From positions 31,109,996 to 31,173,995 of the forward strand of contig JAHRHZ010000222.1 of assembly GCA_024137785.1 (NCBI GenBank): 64,000 bases of DNA, read 5' to 3'. The translations under genes were made by a program, and so were the position numbers. Below the pieces are notes generated by a model, which had not been told where the DNA came from, made no database searches, and was given only the letters and a program-made list of their open reading frames with translations. This DNA comes from Ginglymostoma cirratum. Lineage: Eukaryota. This document shows positions 25,840 through 36,668 of the stretch, in pieces; the stretch's first letter is position 1, and every line of letters starts with the position of its first letter.

Positions 25840-26200
25840 GCGACGAGCCTGTTCACCATTTCCATGGTAACACTGGGATAAATGGGGCACTGAAGAGGAG
25901 CCTCTTTGTGGAGCTCAGTAACTCTTCCGTCTTTCCGACCGCGAGGGAATTCCGATACCCGAAAGGGCGGCGGCGGCGGCGACTCCTACAACTGACCGGC
26001 TCGAAGGGCTGGTGTTGGTGTACTGCAGGCCCCGAACTTTCCGCAGCCCCCTGCCCTCCCCGAAACTCCAACTCCAACTCCAACTCCTCAATAAACGCGG
26101 CGGAGTGTGAACTACTTACTGTCCATGGCGCGGCGTGATGACGTCGAGCCGACCTCATTAAAATGTCGTCATTTCCGCCTCTTGGCAACCCTCACCTCCC
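25840..26200 (-). promoter_or_regulatory. POP4: CpG-rich POP4 promoter/exon 1 region
   Basis: Most CpG-dense stretch in the window. Contains a TGACGTC CRE-like site (26139-26145), GGCGGAAATG ETS-like site (26170-26179, minus), (AACTCC)4 at 26064-26087 and a short (GGC)n run. Confidence 0.75.
26120..26126 (-). CDS. POP4: POP4 exon 1 coding part (ATG GAC A)
   Basis: Kozak gccgcgccATGG, then A|gtaagt donor. The 7 nt complete a 663-nt ORF with exons 2-7. Confidence 0.9.
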
Positions 26201-26559
26201 CTGACCATAGATGGAAAGTTAAAAAGCTTTAAACCAACCTTTTCTTACTTTGAACCTATCCTTTTGTCCTATTAATAGTTTAATCACAAAGTAACTTTTT
26301 GATCTTAGCTTCTCTTGAGAGTTTAAGTTGTCTCATTGAAGTTTGCAAATTATCATCTCGGTATAAACCCATAATGTCAATCATTGTATATAACATCAGG
26401 GATCAACGTCATTGGTCTTGACTTGCGATCAGATACTGCGAGCTGATTTTAACTCAAAGTAAGTGAATGGATTTTAAATAGGTTAGAATCTTTGCTGGAA
26501 CATTCCTCTGGAATTTGGTGATCAGAACTGGGCACAGAAGTAAAGTAATAATATAAAGG

Positions 26560-27750
26560 CTTGACGAGGGCAGAGTGGTGGATGTGATCTATATGGACTT
26601 CAGTAAGGCTTTCAATAAAGGTTCCTCATGGTAGGCTGGTTAGCAAGATTAGATCACATGGAATAGAGGGAGAACTAGTCATTTGGACACAGAAGTGGCT
26701 CGAAGGTAGAAGCCGGAGGGTGGTGGTGCAGGGTTGCTTTTCACACTGGAGGCCTGTGGCCAGTGGTGTGCCACAAGGACTGTTGTTGGGTCCACTGCTT
26801 TTTGTCATTTGTATAAATGATTTGGATGTGAATGTAGGAGGTATGGTTAGTAAGTTTGCAGAGGACACCAAAATTGGAGGTGGAGTCGACAGTGAAGGTT
26901 ACCTCGGAGTACAACAGGATTTTGATCAGATGGGCCTATGGGCTGAGGAGTGGCAGATGGAGTTTAATTTAGATAAATGTGAGGTGCTGCATTTTGGAAA
27001 GGCAAATCAGTGCAGGGCTTATACACTGAATGTTACGGTGCTGGGGGGTGTTGCTGATCAAATAGGCCTTGGAGTTCAGGTTCATTGCGGATTCGTAGGT
27101 AGCTAGGATAGTGAAGGAGGCATTTGGTATGCTTCCCCTTATTGGTCAGTGTGTTGAATATAGGAGTTGGGAGGTCATGTTGCAGCTGTACAGGACATTA
27201 GTTAGGCCACTTTTGGAATACTGCGGGCAATTCTAGTCTTCCTGCTATAGGATGGATGTTGCGAAACTTGAAAGGGTTTCAGAAAAGATTTATGAGGAGG
27301 TTCCCAGAATTGGAGGGTTTGAGTTATAGGGAGAGGCTGAATAGACTGGGGATATTTTCCCTGAAGCATTGGAGGCTGAGGGATGATCTTATAGAGGTTT
27401 ATAAAAGCATGAGGGACATGGATAGGTAAATAGATAAGGTCTTTTCCTAGGGTGGCGGAGCCCAAAACTAGAAGGCACAGATTTAAGGTGAGAGGGGAAA
27501 CATTTAAAAGGGACCCAAGGGGAACTTTTTCACAAAGAGGGTGGTGCATGTCTGGAATAAGCTGCCTGAGGAAGTGCTGGAGGCTGGTACAATTAGAACA
27601 TTTAAAAGGGATCTGGATGGGTATATGAATAGGAAGTGTTAAGAATATGGGCCAAATGCTGGCAAATGGAACTGGATTTATTTCGGATATCTGATCGGCA
27701 TGGACAAGTTGGTTCAAAGGGTCTGTTTCCATGCTGTACCTCTGACTCTG
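26560..27750 (+). mobile_element. CR1/HER1 LINE 3' ~1.2 kb
   Basis: SGVPQG.LLGPLLFVI.INDLD, SKFA.DTKIGG, WQMEFNLDKCEVLHFG and the 3' UTR. Confidence 0.9.
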
Positions 27751-28264
27751 TAGCTTAATCAGCAATTTACAGAAAATTCATAGTTCTTATATACCAGTTA
27801 ATTTACACAATCACTCCTTTATCTCTTTTTTGGCACAACTACCATAAATGCTAAATACTGATTTTGATTGTTTTCACACATCTTATTTTCTGCTTCCTAT
27901 TGAAAGGCCATTTTCAACCAACCTAACCAATTTCACATAAATGCTAACATCTTTAACTTACTTGGAAAAATGCTTTTTGATGATTTAAGTAGGTCATATG
28001 CCTGAGACAACTGTTATCTACTAGTTTAAATACCTGCTCAAAGAATACAAGACATGATATACTCCTACATACAACCTTACGGCTGCTCATTTTATCTGCA
28101 CTCTGAATAAATATACATAGAATTCTCTATAATGGTGTCAAGTATTAGTCCCACGGTGAAAGTTACATCAGTTTCTGTTTTATTTTTTGTGTTCCTCCTG
28201 TTTCTGTTTTGAATATTAAGATAGCAGGTGATTTACAATTTCTTGTCATTAGTTAATTACTGAG

Positions 28265-31000
28265 CCTATAGGAACAGGAGTTGGCCATTCAGCCTTTCAA
28301 TTCTTGTCCACCATTCAATGAGCCCATGGCGAATCTATGGTCTAACTCCACATATCTGCCTTTGGCCCACATTCCTTAAAATGTTTGCTTAACAAAGATT
28401 TTTCTATCTCAGGTTTAAAACTAACAACTGATCTAGCATCAGCTGCCATTTGTGGAAGAGAGTTCCAAGCCACCATCCTTTGTGTGTAGAAATGCTTCCT
28501 AAATACTCTCCTGAACATATTGGCCCTAATCTTAAGGCTATGCCCCGAGTTCTACAATCCCCAATCTGAGGAAGTAATTTATTTTTATCTACCCTTCTTG
28601 TTAATATGTTGAAAGCTTTGGTCAGATAGCCTTCTAAATCTTCTAAATTCCAGATAACATGGGTCAAATATGTATAATCCTTCCTCAAAACTTAATCCCT
28701 GAAGTCTAGGTACCATAGTTGTAAATCTACATTGTGCTCCATCCAAGGCCACTATAACCTTCTTAAAATGTTGCCCAGATCTGCTGACATGACTCCAAGT
28801 GGGGTCTAACCAGGAACAAAAACAGAAATTGCTGGAAAAGCTCAGCAGGTCTGGCAGTATCAGTGAAGAAAAGGTCAGAGTTAGTGTTTCGTGTCTAGTG
28901 ACGCTTCCTCAGAACTGATGGTAGCTGGGAAACATCGGTTTGTATGCAGAAAATAGGGAGGGGGATGGGGTAGGGAGTAAATGATAGGATAAAGCCCAAA
29001 AGGAGACAAGAGCAGTTGGATAAACAAAGGAGTTGAAAATAATCTGACTAAGAGGGTGAATAGTTGTTAATAGGGACTGTTAGTGACTAACAATAGGTAG
29101 TATGTAATGGCAGGCTATGTGATAACAAGGCCTGGTGTGTGGGGTAGGTGGCTAGGACATGGAAGAGTTTAGGCCCTAAAATTATTGAACTCAATATTGA
29201 GTCCGAAGGGCTTCAAGGTCCCCAGGTGGAAAATGAGGTGTTGTTCTTCAAACTTGCGTTGAGCTTCGCTGGAACACTGCAGCAAGCCGGAGACAAAGAT
29301 GTTGGTCAGGGAACAGGGTGGTGTATTAAAGTGGCAGGCAACAGGTAGTTCAGGGTCTTTTTTGCGAACAGAATGTAGATGTTCTGTGAAGCGGTCACCC
29401 AGTTTACACTTTGTTTCCCCAGTGTAGAGGAGATCACATTGTGAGCAGTGAATGCAGTAGACTAGTCTGGGAAGTGCAGGTGAAGTGTAAATGGGCAGAT
29501 GTTGCACCTACACCGGTTGCAGGGAAAGGTGCTGTGGGGCGAAGGAAGAGTGGACCAGGGTTTCCCAAAGGGAATGGTCCCTACAGAAGGCGGACAAGAG
29601 AGGGGAAGAAAATATGTGTTTGTTGGTGGCACCATGCTGGAGGTAGCAGAAATGGTGTCTGATGATCTTCTGGATGTGGATGCTGGTGGAATGGTAGGTA
29701 AGGACAAGGGGAACATTATCGCTGTTGCAGGAGGGAAGAGAAGAGGTGAGGGCGGAAGTGTGGGAGATGGGTTGGACCCAGTTGAGGGCCTTGTCAACAA
29801 CAGTGTTGGGGAGTCCTCAGTTGAGGAAGAAGGTGGATATTTTCGAGGCTCCCTTGTTGAAGTTGGCCTCATCTGAACATACACGATGGACACCCAAGAA
29901 CTGAGAGAATGGGGTGGAGTCTTTACAGGAAGTGGGTGTGAAGATGTATCGTCCAGGTAGCTGTGGGAGTCAGTGGGTTTATAGTGAATATTAGTGGCCA
30001 GTCTACCCCCAGAAATGGAAACAGATGTTGAGGAAGGGAAGGGAGGAGTCAGAGATAGACCAGGTGAAAGGGAGGGCAGGGTGGAAATTGGAAGTGAAAT
30101 CGATGAACTTTGCCAATTCTGGATGAGAGAGAGGGAAGCAGCACCGATGATATCATTGATATATTGGAGAAAGGGTTGTGGGTGGGGGTCGGAATAGCAT
30201 TGGAACAATGGATGTTCCATGTACCCCACAAAGAGACAGGCATAACTGGGGCACATGCGGGTACCCATGGCAACCCATCTTACCTGAAGAAGATGGGAGG
30301 AGTTAAAAGAGAAGTTGTTGAGGGTGTGGATGAGCTGGGCCATGCGGAGGAGGGTGGTGGAGGGTGGGGACAGCTCAGGCCTTTGCTCCAGGAAGGAGTG
30401 GAGAGCCCTAAGACCCTCCTGGTGGGGAATAGATGTGTAAAGGGATTGCACATCCATGGTAAAGGGGAGGTGGCTGGAGACTGCAAACTGGATATTTTGA
30501 AACTGGCATCAAATATCAGAGAAATCACGGATGTACGTGGGCAGGGATTGGACCGGGGAGAGAAGATTGAGTCAAGGTAGGTAGAGGTGAGTTCTGTGGG
30601 GCAGGAGCAGGCTGACACAATGGGTCTGCACAGGCCGTCCTGTTTGTGGATTTTTGAGAGGAGGTTGAGAGCCAGCTCTCAGATACCTCCTCCTATCTGC
30701 CCCTGGACCATGACTCCACCGTGACGCATCAGGCCATTGTATCTACTATGGTAACTGATCTCATTTCATCTGGTGAGCTCCCCCGACTACTTCCAAGCAG
30801 ATAGTTCCCCAGCTCTGCACAGCTTGCTTCTACCTCCTTCCAAAAATCAAGATGCTGCCAGACCTGCTGAGCTTTTCCAGCAACTTCTGTTTTTGCTCCT
30901 GATTTACAGCATCTGCAGTTCTTTCAGTTTTTAATAGGGTCTAAGCAGGGTTTTGTACAGCTGGAGCGTAACTTCTGCATTCTTATACTTCAGTCCTGTA
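28265..31000 (-). mobile_element. CR1-type LINE fragment split by a PLE insertion (28265-28814 and 30937-31000)
   Basis: CR1-like 3' sequence on minus that resumes after the duplicated gggtctaa(c/g)cagg. Confidence 0.65.
28815..30936 (-). mobile_element. Penelope-like element with RT and GIY-YIG (frameshifted), with an inverted plus-strand piece and tail at ~30660-30935
   Basis: MDVQSLYTSIPH, NNFSFN, AMGTRM.PSYACLFVGY.E, YINDI (RT); LVYCIHCSQC.LLYTGETK..LGDRFTEHL...PVACHFN (GIY-YIG). 13-bp TSD with 1 mismatch at 28802-28814 and 30937-30949. Confidence 0.92.
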
Positions 31001-31369
31001 TGTAGAAATGCCAGATTCCATTAGATTTGATTGCAGAAAACAATCTGGCATTTTAAATATCTATGCACTTTATTTCCCAAGTGTCTTTGGACATCCACTG
31101 TGTTTAAATTCTTACTCTGATCTATCCTTTGCCTTCTATCATTTTCTTGATGCTTCATGGACAAACTTCAGATGCATTATAAACACTGAAAGGTAAAGGT
31201 CACAAAACTTGGCTCTAATTCCTGCAGTTTGAGCTACCAGTGCTGTTTTCAAACATGCTTCCTATGTTGTGCACACACAATGCCAATGTGACTCCTGCAG
31301 GATCCTATTTTGATGGGGCATTTTTGTAGGAGTTAGAAGCATACATCTGGAGTATGCAGCGTAAGCTAT

Positions 31370-32490
31370 GTCACGATTTGGATTTCCAAAAGGCCTTTGA
31401 CAAGATGCTGCACAGGAGGCTGCTAAATAATAGAAGAGCCCATGGTGATAGGAGCAAGGTATTGGCATGGATAAAAATTGGCTGACTGGCAGATGGCAAC
31501 TGGTGACTACTGGAGTTCTGTAGGGGTAAGTGTTGGGACCACAACTAATCTCTTTATACATTAACGATTTGGACAAAGGAACCAAGGGCATTGTTGCTTA
31601 GCTTGCAACTGACAAAGATAGATGGAGGGACAGGTAGTGTTGAGGAGACAAGGAGGCTGCAGTAAGACTTGGATAGTTTAGAAGAGCAGGCGAAGATGTG
31701 GCAGATAATATAACATAGGAATGTGTAAGGTTGTACAACTTGATAGGAAAAATAGTGACATAGACTATTTTCTAAATGGGAAAAGGCTTCAGAAATCTGG
31801 CACAAGAGGGACTTAAGAGTCCTAGGTCAGCATTCTTTTAAGATTAACATACAGGGTCAGTAGATAGTTAGGAAGGCAGATGCAGTGTTAGCATTCATTT
31901 CAAATGCCAGAATACGAGAGCTGAGATATTCTGTTGAGGTTGTATAAGGCTTCGGTCAGACTGAATTAGGAATATTGTGAGCAATGTAGTGCCTTGTATC
32001 TAAGGAAGAATGTGTTAGCCTTGGAGGGGTTTCAGAAGAGGATTACAAGAATGACCCTTGGGAAGAAAGGCTTGCCATATGAGGAGCTCTCTGGGTTTGT
32101 ATTTAGAGTTTAGAAGGATGAGGATCTCATTGAATCTTAGAGAATACAGAGGAGCCTGGAGAAAGTGGATGTGGAGAAGATGTTGCCGTCAGTAGAAGAG
32201 ACTAAGACCTGAGGGCACAACCTCAGAAGGGAGGACCCTTATAACTGAGATGAGGAGGGATTGCTTCAGCCAGAGGATTGAGAATCTGTGGCACTCATTC
32301 CCACAGAAGACTGTGGAGGGCAAGTCATTAAGCGGACAGAGATAGATAGGTTCCTGATTAGTAAGGGAACAAAGATGACAGGAAGAAAGCAGAAAAACGA
32401 GGTTGAGAAACCTTTCAGTCATAATCAAATATGGAGTAGATTCAATGGGCTGAATGGCCTAATTCTGTTTCTACACCTAATGGTCTTGTG
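31370..32490 (+). mobile_element. Older CR1 LINE 3' fragment
   Basis: ttggatttccaaaaggcctttgacaag (LDFQKAFDK), gtgttgggaccacaacta...tacattaacgatttgga (VLGP.L..YINDL) and the CR1 3'UTR. Confidence 0.8.
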
Positions 32491-32729
32491 ATGACAGGCG
32501 GTGTGTAATTTCTTTGCTTTAATACTAGCATGGCTATTTCTTATTAGACACACATCTAAACGTGCTGAGCAGCGAAGAAATCCTTCACAAGCACTATTGA
32601 AAGACAGCATCAAGTGATGTTACTTGCTGATTGATTTTTAGTTGTGCTGAATTTGTAGAAGTGTTAGTTTACTGCTGTTTAAAATTAGTGAAATCATACA
32701 GTATTTGTATTTAAAGATGCATTCACTCA

Positions 32730-33137
32730 CCTTGACTATTCAAGTGTGTGGTCATTGAGTTTCTTACGGCACTACACCCAGGCTCAGTGTTGCACTGCCG
32801 GCATTGATGGCAATTTGCATCCACTACCTTCTCACTGTCTTTCTGGAAGATCCCTTAGTTACCTGTGGATGGCAGACACTTCTGTCTCCTGCAGCATGGA
32901 CTCCTATGTTGCATTAGTGTACCTTGGAGCATGTTCTCTGGCCTGTTGTGTCTTATTCACAACCCCTCTTGCACATCATACACTATCACAGCCACAAAAC
33001 TGGTATGGTCAGGTTGCGTGTGCCTTTTCAGAATTACAGGTTTTTTTAAGTATTGCAGGCAAGCTTTAAACGACTCTGACCATCTTGGCCCACTTTTGAG
33101 ATGTGCACCGAACTGCAGCACATATAGCGCTGGCTGG
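32730..33137 (-). pseudogene. Decayed Myb/SANT-like ORF remnant, probably from a Harbinger-type DNA transposon
   Basis: Minus-strand pieces read REHAPRYTNA ... W.QIA ... CRKKLND, then GTCAAG|gtgagt; frameshifted. Confidence 0.4.
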
Positions 33138-34609
33138 TGAAATAACTCCACAGACGCTGGTATCCTGTCACCAAGTCACCTTTTATTTGCATGTGGATAG
33201 TCCTTGACACAGAGCCAGCTCTCAGTGAGCAGAACCACTGACACTGTTTATATCTGTGAGCCAGGGCTCCCTGAATGGGCCAGATTAACAGCATTAATCA
33301 GTGAGCTCATTCACCTGCACTTGGTGTGCCTGGAGCACCTTGTTTCTATTTTAAGGTGTATACTTGCGTAGGAGAAACATCTAAGGACTTTGTTCAAGTT
33401 CTGAGTGCTCCTCTTCCCTGTTATTAGCACATCATCTAGATAAACAGTGTCCTGGGTAGACCTGTAAAATGGTCTCCATCATCCACGGAAAAATTGCACA
33501 GGCTAATGATACCCCAAATGGTAGTCTCATATTGGTACAAACCCTTAAGGGTATTAATTGTAGCATATTTCTGGGAATCCTCATCTAGCTACAATTGCAA
33601 GTAAGCATTGCTCATGTCCAGCTTAGTGAAGAACAGCCCCCCTGCCAGCTTTGCGGATGTGGGGGATTGGGTATTTATCCAGTTACAAAAAGTGGTTTTC
33701 CGTTTGTTTAAAATCCCTGCAAAAGGTGAACCGACCTGTAGGTCTTCATGATCGGTACAACTGGTGCTGCCCATTCTTCAAACTGGACAGGTTTGATGGT
33801 TCCTTCGCTTTTGAGCCTTTTGATTTCTGCCTCTACTTTTGGCCGAAGGCAAGTCTCACTGGGTGAGCCTTGCAGAATCGTGGAATTGTTTCCTGGTCAA
33901 TATGCGAGGTGGTCTTGGGTCCTTTGATAGTCCCTAGACCTTCCTGAAAATTATCTGGGTATTTAATTAGGACTGCCATTTTCTAATTGAAAAATATTGA
34001 ACCAATCAAGGTGTATCTTTCTCAACCAATTTTTCCCATCAGGCTTGGGCCTGAGCCTTTTATTACAATCAGTTTCATAAGAGACCTGAACTGAAATTGT
34101 CCCCTTAATCTGTAAAGGTTCCCCTGTATAGGTTCTCAATCTAATCAAAGTCTTGCACGAACTTAAACATTGGAGGCCAAACTGAATATTATTAAAGACT
34201 GATTCAGTGATGACTGAAACAACCGTGCCAGTATTGACCTCCATTAGAAATGGGTGATTATTTGACCAGGTATTTATTTTGATTGATTCTGATTTAGACG
34301 TTGCTAAGCACTTTAACTATTCCAAACCAGATGTAGGTTGACTTTCCAGGGTGTACAGTTTCCTGGATACCAGCCTGTGAGTTCTCTTACTCAATTTAGG
34401 CCTAATGGGACTCTTTTGCTGTCTTGAGTGTGCATACTGGCAGCAACTACAATGATTTACTGGCATGGATCCTGAAGAAGATTTTAACCATTTGGTCAGG
34501 GTTGGCTTTGGGGTTTTGCCATGGGCTGAGCTAGAGTCCCTCTGTTCAGGATATGTCCTGAGTGAGGTTATGCATTGCCTTCACTCAAGTGGTGTTCTCC
34601 AAGCTCAGT

Positions 34610-35235
34610 TGGCTGGAGGTTGTTGATTTGCCCGCTGAGCTGGCTGTTAATAGTTCAGACACTTCATCACCATGTTGGGTAACATCATCAGTGCGGCCTC
34701 CAATGAAGCGATGTTGTTCTACTCCACTCAGTATTTACATGATCTGGTCTGTTGAGGTGTTTTGTCTCATTTCCGGTTCTTTTTTGCAAGGGTTTGTATG
34801 TGGGGTCTAATTCCACATGTTTATTAATTGCATTATGGATAAAGACCCAGACCTCTAGGAAGTCCCATGCATGTCTATGGTTGGCTTGAGCTAAGATGGT
34901 GATATCGTTCCCAGTTAAACTGTTGGCCTTAGTTGTCTAAGTGTATGGAAATGAGGGAAAGTTTGTTGTATCATTTTGCTGCTAGCTGGTGTTTGTGTAT
35001 TCTGATGGCTAGTTTCCTTCCTGTCTGGCTGATGTAATGTTTTTGGCAGCCCTTGCATGGTATTTTGTACACTGCGTTGGCCCTGCATCTTGTGAGTATG
35101 GAGTCTTTGATCCTTGTAAGTGTTTGCTGTAGTGGGTTTGTATGCTATCCTGATTTCTAGTGGTCGTAGGAATCTTGTCAGCTCTGATATGTTCTTGATA
35201 TACGGTAGTGTCGCCAACGTATTAGGTCATATTGT
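34610..35235 (-). mobile_element. PLE 3' fragment (same family as 54-57 kb) nested in the Gypsy gag region
   Basis: ATLPYIKNISELTR.LRPL.IRIAYKPT; degenerate hammerhead core at 34658-34691. Confidence 0.8.
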
Positions 35236-36021
35236 ATCCTCTGTCTAGTAGTTGGACTGGCGAGGGTGTCTACTTCAATTGGAATACCCTGCAACTCGAA
35301 TTCTCCACTTGCCACATTTTTCAATGATGTGGCATATTATAGTGCTTGTTAGGCACTAGTCCAGTTGGGCTTCAACTAGTAGATACTTTTGCACAGTTAC
35401 ACCATTAATCCCACATACCAAACATACAGTCTCGCAGTATCTCATTAAGGGTTAAACCAAAGTCATATGCCTCCACCAGTCATCCTAACCTCGTCAAAAA
35501 TCTCAATAAGGGATACCTGCTTCTTGAATTGCCAAATAAAAGTGATAGCATCTCAGAATTAGGGGAGACTTGGGGCCATAGTATTCTTTACCTAAAGGAA
35601 AGACTTTCATATCTAGTGCCTCAGGGAAAGTAAGGCTGCAAATAGCCAAAAAAGCTGAGGGTCCACAAGATGTCAGGAAAATTATTTCTTGCTTTACATC
35701 TACTCCAACGTCATTTACCCAGGAAAAAAAAACATGTTCTTTCCACATACTGCCCAGTCTTTGACAGCAGGATTGAATAAGCCAAGCTTCCCCAATAATG
35801 GCATGAATGCCAGAAATGCTTACCCCAATTCAAAGACAACTGTTCGAGCAAATTTCTTTAGGAATGTGCTTTTCTCTTGTTGCTACTGAAATAACTTCAC
35901 ACAGGCCAATATCCTGTTACCAAGTCACCCTTTATTTACACATGGCGAGTCCTTACACTGATCCAGCTCTCAGAGTGAACGAGATGTCTCACACTCCTGT
36001 TCTTATCTATTAGCCAGGGCT

Positions 36022-36668
36022 AACAAGCATGGGGCTGGATGAACACAGCAGGTCAAGCAGCATCATAGGAGCAGGAAAACTTGACGTTTCGGGCCTAAAC
36101 CCTTCAACAGAANNNNNNNNNNNNNNNNNNNNNNNNNNNNNNNNNNNNNNNNNNNNNNNNNNNNNNNNNNNNNNNNNNNNNNNNNNNNNNNNNNNNNNNN
36201 NNNNNNNNNNNNNNNNNNNNNNNNNNNNNNNNNNNNNNNNNNNNNNNNNNNNNNNNNNNNNNNNNNNNNNNNNNNNNNNNNNNNNNNNNNNNNNNNNNNN
36301 NNNNNNNNNNNNNNNNNNNNNNNNNNNNNNNNNNNNNNNNNNNNNNNNNNNNNNNNNNNNNNNNNNNNNNNNNNNNNNNNNNNNNNNNNNNNNNNNNNNN
36401 NNNNNNNNNNNNNNNNNNNNNNNNNNNNNNNNNNNNNNNNNNNNNNNNNNNNNNNNNNNNNNNNNNNNNNNNNNNNNNNNNNNNNNNNNNNNNNNNNNNN
36501 NNNNNNNNNNNNTTCAGAACCCTCTTCCCCTCCCCCATTTCTGATGAAGGGTTTAGGCCTGAAACGTCAAGTTTTCCTGCTCCTATGATGCTGCTTGACC
36601 TGCTGTGTTCATCCAGCCCCATGCTTGTTATCTCGGATTCTCCAGCATCTGCAGTACCTTTTATCTCT
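36022..36668. mobile_element. Young PLE fold-back inserted in the Gypsy 5' LTR, spanning a gap
   Basis: TSD (tct)ATTAGCCAGGGCT at 36006-36021 and 36666-36681. Cores at 36083-36110 (-, CTGTTGA variant) and 36541-36568 (+, CTGATGA). Confidence 0.9.
36113..36512. other. Assembly gap (400 N)
   Basis: Run of N. Confidence 1.

Noticed and set aside
25853-26188. ORFs on both strands over the POP4 5' region
   Set aside because: Low-complexity products of GC-rich promoter/intron sequence (ELELEL, RRRRR); no evidence for a separate or bidirectional coding gene.
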